A program made the position numbers and the translations under genes. A stretch of DNA of 62,037 nt, counting the filler, from Kipferlia bialata (taxonomy: Eukaryota): assembly GCA_003568945.1 (NCBI GenBank). It is 5 parts of 5 records of this genome, joined end to end, with 100 filler letters (N's around TTAATTAATTAA, not from the genome) between each part and the next. Parts side by side here need not be neighbours in the genome. Positions count along the whole stretch, not along the records: positions 33,898 to 50,743 come from BDIP01000570.1; positions 50,844 to 56,513 come from BDIP01000575.1; 3 more parts are not named here. One strand, given 5' to 3'. The notes below the pieces were generated by a model. The model saw nothing but the letters and a program-made list of their open reading frames with translations. It was not told where the DNA came from and did no database searches. Numbering within the stretch: the first letter of the stretch is position 1; every line of letters begins with the position of its first letter. Of the stretch, positions 40,731 to 54,167 are shown piece after piece.

Positions 40731-41697
40731 GTATATAATTCTTACCCCAGGCATGAGCACCCTGTCCATCACCATGGGCAAGGTCACGCTCAAGGACGCA
40801 AGGTACAGTGGGTATTGACAGGACAAATTTTCGGTGTAGTAGATGCGTGTATAACAGGTATACCCTAACCGTTAGAGATCTGCACAATGCCTTCCTGGAG
40901 TGCAGTCTGGTCGATGTGGAGGGCCACCCAGTCACAGGGGGGGTCAGGACACGCACAGCCCCTAAGGTATATATATGTTCACATATACGTGTCTCTTCTG
41001 TATCTATAGACATGTATATACTGCTAACTGCCAGGTCAGCATACCTTCGATGTGACTCTCCCTCTCTCTCTCCCTCTCTCTCTCGCTCGCCCTCTCTCTC
41101 TCCCTCTCTCTCTCGCTCGCCCTCTCTCTATCCCTGTTATTCTATATGAACCTCTTTAATGCCAAGGTCAGCACCACGGCCCTTGCCTTCGATGTGACAC
41201 TGCACTGCCAGGTGGCCACAGAGGCCATCACAGAGGTATGTAGCTGTACATGCATATATGTATGAGATACTGTGGATGTCATTTTGTTTAGACACATTCT
41301 CTCTCCTCCTCTCACCCCCAGGGCCTAGTGCTCATCTTCGAACTCAAGTACTTCAAGGACGGCGACTCTGGCTCCCCCTCCACCAAGTGCTTCACCTTCT
41401 ACCCCCTCTCAGCCACCGAGGGCAGCGAGAGAGAGAGAGAGAGAGAGGGTGCCGCTGAGGGAGATGACCACATTGCCTTAGACTGGTACAAGAAGCCAAC
41501 GGACCCAGCTCTTAAGAGGTTAGTATATACATACTATGAGCTTAGTATCTCACGGCCAATCTCTGTCTTGTCTCTCCAGTCTTTCCAACCCCAGGCTTAA
41601 GCCCTACGGCCACACCTCCAAGCTCAAGCAGAGACTGAGGATGGCAGTGGCCGACTGGGAGGCCAAGTCAATTCTGGTCAAGGGAGAGAGAGAGTAG
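33985..41697 (+). CDS. Highly fragmented gene: helical (ARM/HEAT-like) region plus C-terminal AIDA-type C2 domain; 5' truncated
   Basis: More than 25 short GT-AG exons. The C-terminal exons from 40751 give GMSTLSITMGKVTLKDA|DLHNAFLECSLVD...|LIFELKYFK...STKCFTF...LDWYKKPTD. This matches AIDA C2 hallmarks as recalled (GMTLLTIRIEKIGLKDA, IFFEFKHYK, STKCFAF, LYKKPTD). Stop TAG at 41695-41697. Confidence 0.75.
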
Positions 41698-42143
41698 TCT
41701 ATCTTGGTCAAGATAGAGAGAGAGTAGATCTCTTAGACGCTCTCTATGAGTGGGTCTAAGCTCGATATATGTGTAACAATTTGTTCCTCCACGCGTATGC
41801 TTTCATTAGCGTGGATGTATGTAGGTAGTACGTATGTATGCATATATGTATGTACAGACAAGAGGTGGACGTGATAATAGACTGCCTTATTGATGCCTGA
41901 TGTCCTTTATGTGTCTCCCTGCTTCATACCCGTATTCCACCTGGGACCGTATTTCCATGTCAATCTGCATCAAGTGTAGCTATAAAATGCTGCAGTATAA
42001 ATATATATATAGAATGGTGGATATACACGGCGTAGTATGCCGGGCGTACAGGCCAACTCCTAATCCGCGAACATATGTCGCTTAAACCTTCTCCGCTCAA
42101 AGATGAGACGCTGAATCGAAGGGCCGCAGAGACGCAGAGACCC

Positions 42144-45100
42144 TTAGAACCCGGTGGCAAGGGGGTACCACTCCAGTGAGAGGTCAGTCTCGTCCTCATC
42201 CACCTCAGGTTGCACCTGGTCAGATAGACACTCAGAGTCAGGAGCACAAGTGCCTAGTGGTTAGAGGTATTAGTATAAGTATCAGTATCAGTACAAGCAA
42301 TACAGTATCAGTGTAAAGCACTACCTAGCGGGTACCAGTCCTCCTCACTGGCACTATCCCCAACAGTCACTGGTCTCTCTAGGTCCTCTCTTGTCAGTAG
42401 GGACTGGCCCTTCCACTGAGGGTAAGAGTGTACATATTGTTATAGTCTAAAACTATCACCTTCTGGAGTCCAGACTGGACCCTCTTCAGCATCTGTGAAA
42501 TGTGGTGTATATACGATCATATCCTGTATAACTTCATGTGACTATATGTACTCATACACAATTCTATTACCTTCTGGAACCTCTCTAGCATCTGTGCTAT
42601 GTGGTGTATCTCTGCCACTGCTGCAGCGTCATCAGGGTGGCTGACAGTGACATATGTCTCTCCATCACTGAGAGAGTCAGAGAGATGGCATAGTATTCAT
42701 ACTTACTAAGTATGGATAGAACAGTCATATATATGAGTTGCCTCACCTGTTTGTGTGGCTCATGTACAATGCCTCCAGTGAGTGTCTTCCCTCCTGCCTG
42801 GTGCATCTAGCAGTGTACCACTGCAGTCTGTCCTGGGTGGTCTGGGATCAGACAAATATTTACATTGAATGACGTTCGAAATATGCCTGAGGCACCTTCG
42901 ATCATGTATATAGCTAAGAAACTAGTACTATACAAATCATATACGTCATAAGTTCAACTAAACATTCTGACCTCGTATGGGCAGTGGTTGAGTATGTGTT
43001 ATACATATGTAGTATATATAGTATATAATGACCTCGTATGGGCAGTGGTTCAGGATGTGCGTCAGGGCACCTCGGCTGTTCATGCCCACTCTGTTGGCAT
43101 CTGAGGTTTAGACTTCAATATATACATATACTTATTCGAATACATGTATACTGTATATAAGTGGATGTCCCATGTTGACAATGTAAAAAGGTACCATTGC
43201 ATGCCCAAAGGTGCCATATTGGCAGCATACTAATCTATACTCTAGACATACTACTGTATACTAGTACTAATATTCAATATTTATAGTAATGATATCTACC
43301 AATGACGTACCATTGCATGCCCAGATGCCTAGAAGGCGCCATATTGGCAGCCGGTAAACCAACCCAGCAGTGGAGGTGCGAAGTGTGAGGGCAGATACCA
43401 TATAGTGCATGATCTTCTCATCAAAGGTGCGGGACTGCCTGTCCCCACCTACAGTTACATTACGAGGGAATACATAGTATACACTAGGTATACGTATATC
43501 TTAGACTCCGGATAGTATACTACTCTGAGTTATACATACCCTTAGGGACGGTGAGGTTGATACTACATCATATACAACTCGTACCCATACATAGTATGTG
43601 TATCATATGTCATGATAAGTACACTATATGTATAATGTTATACATACCCTCAGGGACGGTTAGGTTGAACAGCACACAGGCACATCTTTTCGTATACACT
43701 AGATATACGTATATCGTAGACAGCGGATAGTTCCTATTATTGTATTCTACTCTGAATTACACATACCCTCAGGGACGGTGAGGTTGAACAGGACAGCGGC
43801 ACATCTGATAAAGCGCCAAGATAAGATCCCACCCTTCTTGCTCAGGGCATGCATCATCTGGTGTCAGTACTGATGCAAGTAGTACAGTATGTTACTGTAA
43901 CAGTATCATGCCCCTTCAAATAGAACTTACATGCTTGATTGCCATGAGTAGACGGGGCAAGTACTTGGGGGCAGCACTAAGGTCTAGGGTGAGTGTACGG
44001 TTTGTTACTAGATTCACATAATTATGGAGGTGTTTCGAGACACACAGGGAGTGTAAAATAATTTTCCTCTTTCATATTACTTGTATACATGCGTGCTATC
44101 CGTGTACCAACCTGCTTGCATGACCCGCTGTGCCGTGTCCAGTATCAGGTCAGCAATAAGGAAGCCACCCTTGAGTCAGACAGTTTAGAAGCGTTAAGGA
44201 GAAGTAGACCAGTTGTGTATACAAGATGTGAAAGAGTGTGTCCAGTATGAGGTCAGCTATGAGGAAGCCACCCTGGTATTAACTAAAGATTGAAGGTTCC
44301 TACTTGTAGCATACATGATAAGTGGTATTCTGTGGGCAGCACTACTATTATGTGTTGACACTACAAGAGAGAGGCTCTGTGAGAGAGAGTAACTGATAAA
44401 CATGGTATGAATGTTACTTAGATAAGGAAAGAAGTGCAACTGTAACCTTCTGAACGCTCTTGGGCAGCTTGGGACACATGTAGTACGCCTTGCACAGAGG
44501 CTCAATGGCAGGGCGCAGGATGGACACAGCCCGGCCAGATGTCACTGAGAATGAGTAGTAGGAAGGAAGAGACGTACCTGAAACTTCAAGTGAACGCAAT
44601 GACTTTAGACATAGCCGGCGAACACAAAGATATACAGCAAGTCGCCATCGACCATATAGTATGCATTATACACCTACTCTGCAACAAGAACAAACATACG
44701 CAAAGGGGAGGTCAAGTAGTTGTGCCTACCTTTGCCAGCGAGAGCCCAGAGCACATACATGGCCTCTCCAAGTATCTGTGGTGAGAGTGTTATCATTGTG
44801 GGACATAAGACAAGAATACACACAACTGGCACTCCGATGAAACTCTGTAAGCAATATATTTGAGAAAATGATTGGATGTGGGATTAGGATTTTATGTAGG
44901 CGCTCTCGCGTAACCTCACCTTTGTAGTCATGGCTGGACTCTTGTTGTTCACCTCTAGCACAGAGTATATGAGGTTGGGCAGCGAGTCTGGGCCCTCCAG
45001 CAAGGGCTCTACATTGGTGACGGTGTCTGATGCATAAGACTATAATATACATCTATAATACAACTACATAAGTAGATATAGAAATGGTAGACTAGGTATT

Positions 45101-48100
45101 TAGTCGTATAGTGACAAGCATCACTCCACACTTGCCACAGCATCTATAATGGGTAGTAGTTGGGTATCGATCCTGCAGCATACTGTATTATGATACATAC
45201 ACAAGAGAAATCAAATAGAATGAGCACGGATATATATTGTCATCGTATTGCCCTCTGCTATGCAGAGCTCCCTGGGCACACAGCAGTGTTTGTCCCCTGT
45301 CATGTATACATGTAGTGTAGCATATCGTCAGTAGCAATGTAATATATGTAGCACAGCGTCTACCCTACTCTACGTTGTGCCACGTTGAGGCACAGCACTG
45401 TCTCCATATGGTGCATAACAGTTATATAGGTATACATACTATATAATTAGTATACTGAAATGTAGTACAGTATCCTACCTCGCTGCAGTGCCACGTTGAG
45501 GCACCGGAGTGTCTCNNNNNNNNNNNNNNNNNNNNNNNNNNNNNNNNNNNNNNNNNNNNNNNNNNNNNNNNNNNNNNNNNNNNNNNNNNNNNNNNNNNNN
45601 NNNNNNNNNNNNNNNNNNNNNNNNNNNNNNNNNNNNNNNNNNNNNNNNNNNNNNNNNNNNNNNNNNNNNNNNNNNNNNNNNNNNNNNNNNNNNNNNNNNN
45701 NNNNNNNNNTAGTGTATATATAAGTATATGTACTGTATAGTATATAATGTATAGTGTAGTACAGCACCCTACCTCGCTGCAGTGCCACGTTGAGGCACCG
45801 CAGTGTCTCTGCTCTGTCGTCATCGAACCGATGGTCTCCATCTTCACTAAACACATAGCGTCTCCTATGACCCTGGGTGTCAAGACAGGCTCTAGTCTAC
45901 TCGATAGTCAACGGACGGAACGGCAACACAGGTTGAAAGTACTAGAGTAATCACTCGACAGTAGATGGCAAGACATCCAATTGGGATTGTATTGCGTGGT
46001 ACCTGATACTTCTTGTCGAGGTCTGTCATCTTCAGTATCTTGTGCAGTAGGGGCACAAAGCCCGACCGCAGCTCTCCGTTGTAGGTAGAGGTCTCTGGAG
46101 GTAAAATTGAGTAAATATGAATGAGACGTGTCAGCGTACAAAGCATAGTTACTCCATATCATTGGCAAGGTAATCATGTCTTTCCACAAAGGGCCACAGA
46201 ATACCCGACGGACACATACCACTGGTGAGTAGCCGCCGAGTGAGCCACTGGATCTGGGCCTCCATCTACGATGAGCGTGACATACACACACACAATGTAT
46301 ACTCAATACAAATTGTTCTTAGCGTAGTATACTCAGTGTTTTCATTATGTACAGTATACTATGCCGGTGTCCCTCACCTCGGGTTCTCTCTGTGCCTCAG
46401 CAGTCAGAGCAGGCAGGACACCTGCCTCAAACAGCATGGCACAACTGTCATCTGGTGGTCAGTGTGGTAAGATACAGATGTATGACATTAATGATATGTA
46501 CTATATATGGCCATGTATGTATATATAGCAAGATCTCAAAGGTCATGGCGCAGCTGTCATCTGGTAGTAGATGGATCAATCAATCAATGAATCAATGAAA
46601 AGATCAATATATATGTCAATAAATGTATCAATAATGATTCAATAAGAGTATGGCAGCTGTATATCGATAATATGCCCAGTGTGACTACTCAGGGTGACTA
46701 CTCAGGGTGAGTGTATCACTATACTCTTAGGCTAGGCATAGAAACCAAGTAATTACCCTCTATGTAGTCACTCTATTTTAGTGTGTGTATGTGACACGTA
46801 TATAGTGTGTGTCTACAATTTCTGTACCTTGCAGTGTCTTCTTAGACAGCATGACGATTCCCCAGTCATCTACCATGTCGTTGAACTGAGTGGAAAGCTC
46901 AATGACCTGCTTCATCTGAACCAGGTTGAGGGTAGGTGTGGAATCTGCTGTGAGACGAAGACTCACGGGAATAGTACCAGCCGAAAGTACATATACATAT
47001 ATATAGAACATACTCCAGATTACGAAATGTGCTAGGTCGAAGGCAGCATAGCCAGCAGCCTGCAGTGTCAACAAGGCCGCTATCCTCGCAGGGTCAACCT
47101 CCCTTGTCTTCTTGGGCTGCACACTCTCTACCACATCACCCCCGGACCACCAGTCAACACCATAGACCTCTGCGGGAGACTCATCCTTCTTGGAGCTCAC
47201 CTTGCTCTTCTTGTCTCCCTCTCCCTCTGGCTTCCCCTTCACGGGAGTCGTGGTCTCCTGGCTCTCACTCCCGTTCTCTTCCTTGCCGTCAGTGGGCTTC
47301 CCAGTCTTGGTCCCGGCTTCACCCTCTACCCCCACTCCAGTGTCAGGCTTGGTCTCTGTCTCCACACCAGCCACGACAGTCTCAGTCTCTCTCTCCCCCT
47401 CAGCAGCCGTCCCAGCCGTAGCGTCTCCCTGTCCATCTCCCACTCCAGTAGTACCACCCATGTCCCCCTCCTCCACGGCAGTACCGTCCTTGCTCCCTCC
47501 ACCTCCATCACCTGTCTCTGTCTTCCCGTCACCAGTTGCGTTAGGGTGGCTCTCCATATCACCCTCGTTCTCCAATCCCGTCCCGGTCACTCTCTTCAGG
47601 TCAGCACCAGTCTTGCTCTCCCCCTCCCCCACTTCCTCACCCTCTCCCACGGTAGGATGTGTCTTGTGCTCTGTCTCTCCCTCAGGCTGAGGCTCAGCAC
47701 CCTCAGTGTCAGTCTCTGCCTCTATCTGCCCCTCACTGATGGTGTCAGCCACAGTCTCTCCCAGACCAGGGGCAACCGTTGTCGCTGTATCTGTCTCTCC
47801 CACTCCAGTGGTGTCACCGTTACTCTCTCCCTCTCCCTCCCCATCAGCCTCTGTCTCTCCCTCAACTGCGTTGTCAGTCTTGATGTCTGCCTCACTCTCA
47901 CACTGCATAGTCTCTGCCACTGCCTCTCTCTCTCCCTCTCCCTCACTAATAGCAGTCTCTGTCTCTGCCTCTGCAGAGTCCTCTCCCCCCTTCCCTTTCT
48001 CTGTGTTGGAATCGGCGGCTACATCAGGCGCCTCATTCTCTCCTGCCTTGCTGTGTGTAACACCGGTATCTACCTCCTTCTTCCCCCCCCTCTCCCCCTT

Positions 48101-50147
48101 GGGTCTCTTCTCCTTCTCCTCCTCTACCCCATCCATTCCCCTCATAGGGTCTAACCCCTCAAGATACGTCTTCTCAGCCTCAACAGCAACAAGGACCTCC
48201 ATCATACTCTCCAGGATACCTGAGTCTCAGTGGCGGCGTCATAAGTAGATGCACTCCTTGTCCCCAATTCACATATACACAACATGTGGTATATGAGATA
48301 TTCATATATAGTCATGTATTGGATAGTGAACAGTATTCAGGTACTTTACAATGTGTAGTTGTTGTACCTGTGTCTAGCAGATACTGCTCAGTGGATACTG
48401 TCTTGAATACCCCTCTCTCCCCCTCTGTCTCTCTCGCCCCCTTCTCCTCTCTCGCCCCTCCTAGGAGTGCTGGGACTGTCACACCCACGTCCCGGTTACG
48501 CAAGAGCTCTGTGATAGCGTTAAGGATTCTTTGTGTGAGTGGAGATGGTCTGTAAGGGTCTATCGTAACATTAATACAATCGAGTGTGCCCCTTGGTCCA
48601 CCATATCTTTCTAGTAAGCCACACATACACAGAGTCCTATGTACTCTGTGTCACAACTCAGACATATACTAGTATTACAGATACACATATATAACATATA
48701 CAGGGGTATATACGTTGCCACCGCATCCCAGTTCGTAGTGAAAAATGTGTCACTCAATATATGTACATAAATATGTGAATACACTATCTAGATATACCTT
48801 GCCACCGCATCCCAGTTGTGTGCAACATACTCATGCATTGTATTTACATAGATGTGTATATGGGTATGTGGGTATATGGGTATATGGGTATGTATATTCT
48901 ATCTAGATTCTAGATATACCTTGCCACTACATCCCAGTTGTGTGGCTCCTGTACCAGTGTCTTGGTTGTATTGATCAACAGAGTGTACATCTTCCCCAGT
49001 ATCGGAGATGAGAGGCTCGTGATGTTGTCTGGTAGTAGTTGGGGATAAGAGAGGTATACTCATGATACATATAGTATCTGCCACGAGGTTTTGTTCTCTA
49101 CGAAGAGTGAACTAGATACCTGCCACAGCCTCTAGTGGCTCCATGGCGTCAAGTATACATCCGTCCCATATGATGTGCACATACACTGTACTACTATTGA
49201 ATACCGTTTCAATTAGTACCTACCACTGCCTCTAGTGGCACCATGGCGTCATATATGGTGGCAGTACAGTGGGTATGGGTCTTGAGGGTGTCGAGGCAGA
49301 GAGAGAGACCAAGGTCTGCGAGGGCTGCGGTGAGGGGGGTGCCTAAGAGTAGCACAAAGGATACATCGGCATCATAAGGAGAAGACACTTATAGGTTGTA
49401 TACCTGGTGTCTCTGTGCATATAGCACCAAGTGCTACCAGGGCCTCACCACACCCACATACACTCTCTCCCCCTCTCTCCTCCCTACCCTGCTGTCCAGC
49501 CTCAGAGTCTCTCTCTCCCTCTCCGTCCTTTCCACTGTCACTACCCTTAGTGTTGCACTTAGAGGTACTCCCTGGGCAGCAGGCAAGACCAGTGCGGATG
49601 TCACTAGAGTGTTAGAGGTATATGGGTGTAGAGTCACTTCATCACTGTAGATACAATACATCAGTAAGAAGTGATGCCCTCCTATGATAGTATCATAGTA
49701 TGATACCGCTCTGCCTTGCCACGGAATAGTATTGTAGCTCTAAATATCATATATCTGTGACACTCAAATGTAAAGGATTTATCATCTAAGAGATGTGTTT
49801 GGCCATAGTCAGTCATATTAGGTCATAAACAAATGCTCTTACCTAATACCAACCACTGACTTGACAATGTCCTCTAGCAGGAGAGAGACTGTATCCCCGT
49901 CATCAGCAGTCTCTCCTTCGCCCCTCTTCCCCTCTGCGGTCCCCTCCTCACTCTCTCCCTCCTTCACTGAATCTGTCTCACCCCCTTCCTCTCCCTCCCC
50001 CACACTATCAACTGCAGCGCCAGAAGCAACACTCTCCCCAGACTCACTCACTTCCTGTGAGTCAACTACACTCTCCTTCTTCCCCTCACAGTCTTGACTG
50101 ATACCCCCAGTGGGTGTACCACTCACACCCACAGTCTCGCCAGGCAT
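42144..50147 (-). CDS. Large multi-exon hypothetical protein with acidic E/G/T low-complexity regions and ARM-like helices
   Basis: Probable start MPGETVG (50147), long acidic exon within ORF 46778-48205, exon AMLFEAGVLPAL, terminal exons ...EEDWYPL|G...LEWYPLATGF*. May be more than one gene. Confidence 0.55.
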
Positions 50148-50328
50148 ACACACCTCAGTACCGCTGCCTTGAATAAGATACGGAACTTGTGTGGCTTCAA
50201 AATCGGAGATTCGGATTTTTGGAACGTTTGCACGTTTCATGAGGTAATTATCTCCGCTTATGGCTACGGCCTTGCCTGGCCCTTTGTCTCTCCACAGACG
50301 GATAGAGAGAGTGTGTCTAGTGCTCTAG

Positions 50329-50645
50329 ATGCCAGGGGTTGTTGGGGAAAGAGCAGAAGTTGCCACTTCTGAGGGTGAGATCCTGGTCACGTCAGAGGAT
50401 GCATTGGGAGTAGACCCCTCTCTCTCTCTGTATATGGAGGCCGCAGAGGGAGAGGCAGTGGGTAGCAACAGCGTACCTGTGGCGTCTGAAACACTGGATG
50501 TACATACTGGAGAGCGATGCCCTGAGACAGCAATGGACAGTGAGAGAGAAGCAGTACGGGAGGGGAAGGAAAGAGATACGCTATCTGTATCTCTAGATGT
50601 CCTGGGTGTTCTGGATGACCTGATATACTCGGTGGAGAGGTTCAG
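50329..50645 (+). CDS. First exon of a hypothetical acidic protein (truncated at linker)
   Basis: ORF MPGVVGERAEV...LDDLIYSVER, then a GT donor and an intronic poly-C at the contig end. Confidence 0.5.
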
Positions 50646-50694
50646 GTTAGTATCACAGGGTCATGTATCATAGTGACTCACCACACTATGGTAA

Positions 50695-50743
<49 letters not shown>

Positions 50744-50843
50744 NNNNNNNNNNNNNNNNNNNNNNNNNNNNNNNNNNNNNNNNNNNNTTAATTAATTAAN
50801 NNNNNNNNNNNNNNNNNNNNNNNNNNNNNNNNNNNNNNNNNNN
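50744..50843. other. Artificial 100-bp contig linker
   Basis: N44-TTAATTAATTAA-N44. Confidence 0.97.
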
Positions 50844-51117
50844 TTTTTGCGTCTATCCATATATACCCCCCCCCCCCCCCTCCCTTATAACCCTCCACTG
50901 TATATACTCTCCTAATCCTCTCTAATTCTCTCTCTCTCTCCCCTGTCCCTCCCCCCCCCCCTCACTTATGTTTCAGAGGCGTTCAATCGTCCCTCTATGC
51001 ATAATAATACGTGCTATAATATATGCGTAAGTAATTCTTCTGGTATGTAAATGTATATGTATGTAGATATACTATTAGAATCTATATATAAACATATATT
51101 AATATCTCATCTTCCAG

Positions 51118-54100
51118 AGGCACTCACTCCTGCCCAGACCCCACTCTTCACAGAGGCCGCTGAGGCATTCAGACGCTCAGAGATAGAGTCTTCTGAAGTC
51201 AATTGCAGTCTCGAAAAGTCCAAGTGCACCTCTGCATTGGAACGTGTGATGTCTCTGCACGGGGGTGCAGCGATACTGCTAGACGCAGTGATCGGTAGAG
51301 AGAGGGAGAGAGTTGGAGGGAGCGAGGTCGATCAGAGCGACAGGGAATTGAGTACGTGACCATTATATGTATATGTATATGCATGCATTGGTTACATTAT
51401 ATGTATGAGTGTATGCATACGTGTCTACCTCTGGCAACTGGTCTTACCCCACAGCTCTGCACATGCTGAGGACATTCAGTGAGGCCAAGTACTTTGCAGG
51501 TAGAGTCATTACCTTCTGATTGTATCTCTCACTCTAATGTCTTGTACATACACATATGTGTATATCTCACTCTAGCTACTTAGCTGGTGTCTGCACATTG
51601 AAAACCTGATAGTATCTCTCTTTTACTCCCCCAATTGGTGTATATATTGAACTCTTAGTATCCGTGTAAATATTTTCAATTTTCCCAGCCTCGAAGGTGT
51701 CTGAGCAGCGTGTCCATCTGTTAGTGTCTCTATCTCCCCCTACCATTGCATATATATATACTATGTATATATAGTGTATATCTCACGCTAGCCTCCCAGG
51801 TGTCTGAGCAGCATGTCCATCTGGTGTTATCTCTCTTCGCCTACCATAGCATATATATATACTATGTATATACATATATATGTATCTAACGCTAGCCTCC
51901 CAAGCGTCTGAGCAGCATGTCCATCTGTTAGCATGTATCTTTCTCTCCTCTTTATGATAGTGCTGGAATATATTCATGTATATATATATATATCTCACTT
52001 CAGTCTCCCAGGTGTCTGAGCAGCATGTCCATCTGTTGGTATCTTTCTCTCATGCCACTCTGGTAGTATTCGTGTATATATATACATATGGTATATATAT
52101 ATATCTTACCCCAGCTTCCCAGGTGCCTGAGCAGCATGTCCATCTGTTGGCAGCTGCTGATGCATACAGGTTAGCAGTAATATAGATAGATAGATAGATA
52201 ATATACATTTCTTGTAAATCTCTGACCCTTAGAGCCTTGGGTGCCAAAATTGAGTACATACTGCCTCCTGTCAACGCATTTAACGGAAACGCAGGAAAGG
52301 AGGGAGAGAGAGAGACAGAGAGAGATGTGCTCAGACGCACCCTGCACAGAGAGTGCTTGAAGCTGACATCCCTGGGACACTGGGTAAGTACAGAATACTA
52401 GATACTTCTATATGGATACACTGTATTGGACACCCTGTATGTATACTGTTTCACACTTAGCCATAGACAGCCTTGTATATGAACAACATGCTAAGGTTAA
52501 GTGAGTAGTTTAGCCTGTGGGCCTCTCTCTCTCTCTCTCTCTCCGCATGTGTCTATAAGTCAGGTTGGCATATGCATGATGGACTATCTCTTGGCAGACA
52601 GATAGTATACTTATGTCTCCCTATGTCCTATACTATTGTTCATTTAATACTCTCTCTCTGTCTATATGTTAACCCTAGGTTGGTATATGCATGATGGACT
52701 TTGTCTATGCAGACAACTCTCCTCTGGGAAGGTAGGGTAATTGTAACTATTAACATACATATAGTGTATTAGTAATGTGGATATAGTCTTACAGGATTCC
52801 CTTGGTAGGTATGATCCATGGTATAAATGTAGTCAGGATACGTAACAGTGTTGGATAACCATTATTCTCTAGTACAATATGTTGGACACATATACCGGGA
52901 GCAGGTTAGGGTATAGTGAATCGAATATCTCCTCTCTTCTAAACTCACACTAGGCGTGCAAGACGCTGTGTTGACTTTCAGATCCAAGGGAACCCCAGAA
53001 TCTCAGGCATGAGTACTATCATTAGAATTCTTTCTATACATAACCTGATGTGATGTAGTATCGTGATTGAGATCCTTGCAAGTGTTCTAGTAATAGCATT
53101 ATTACTATGCACTATTACTATTGTGATGTAATCTGTTACTATGGAGTAGTATATTGAAGTAGTAGTACTAATATAACACCAGACAAGTTCCTGGCCTACC
53201 TGGCCTCGTACAGTGGAGATAGTGAACCACAGGCAGTCCAGGACGCACATGCAGGAGTAAGTGTTAGTAAGGGAGAGACGTCCATAGAGAGAGACCATGA
53301 GATATGGCAGCGTGACCTTCTGAGTGCTCTACAGCAGTGGATGGAAGGGGACACCAAGGTATATGATGTATACTAGAATAGTAAAGAGTAGTATATAGTT
53401 GTGTGTAGTAATGCTGAATTGAGTGGTCAACACTGTATTTGCATGGAAGTTTAGGTGAAGATACTGATACCTTCTAGCCAGCCTACCCTCTAGGAGCCCT
53501 ATCTTCTCCACTGGTCAGTTTTCAATTATATAGTATAAGTAAGTACATTTACCACGTACTGACTCCTACTGAATCCTAGGATCCCTACTGTCTTCTCTGT
53601 CTCATGCGTCTGCTGGGTGCATCTGGGTACAGTCCCATCGAGGGTGCACTCAGTGTTGTCTATCCATATGAGAGGACAGAAGAGGACTTGCTAGGTAGGG
53701 TAGTAGAGTAATACTAAGTAATTACTATGTATTTCATAATCGGTGGAGAGTGCACTCCGTGTTGTCTATCCCTATGATAAGACTGAGGAGGACCTGCTAG
53801 GTGAGATGTGTTACTTTGTAGTTAGTTGTATGGATGGATGGTGAGTGTCCTTGTGGTAGTCTATCCATATTTCAAAACATGGGGAGGACCTTTTGTGTTC
53901 TTGGGATTGAAGCTTCTTTTACAAATACCAGTTCAGTCAATTTTCTGCTCTTGAGGTTCAGGGTTCTTCATTATATGTGTAACAGTATGCATGACGTGGT
54001 CGTCACATTCCTCGTGTTCAACAAGTATTGTCCAGTGCTGTACATTGTACTATATATATGCCTTAGGCTCACCTCAGCCCCTCTTGCTCTCCAGATGCAG

Positions 54101-54167
54101 AGGGCACTTAGTCTGCAGGAGGTGTTCTTCAAGTAGAGAAGGCGAAAGAATTGAAGCAGAGTATTAG
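51118..54167 (+). CDS. Multi-exon hypothetical protein (5' truncated)
   Basis: Exons ALTPAQTPLFTEAAEAF..., ASQVPEQHVHLLAAADAY, ALGAKIEYILPP..., DKFLAYLASY...EGDTK, DPYCLLCLMRLLG.... Last exon frame uncertain. Confidence 0.5.
51688..52150 (+). repeat. Five diverged tandem copies of an acceptor plus exon-start unit (about 100-bp period)
   Basis: AG|CCTCCCAGGTGTCTGAGCAGCATGTCCATCTG-like copies at about 51688, 51790, 51895, 52003 and 52113. Confidence 0.9.

Noticed and set aside
42060..42143. tRNA-like TTCGATT segment
   Set aside because: No T-stem pairing or cloverleaf.
42144..42416. C2 domain suggested by two WYPL motifs
   Set aside because: Upstream exons look helical and lack the other C2 strands.
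47029..48248. Long Ser/Pro-rich plus-strand ORFs (also 23017-23616 on the minus strand)
   Set aside because: Antisense shadows of low-complexity coding exons.
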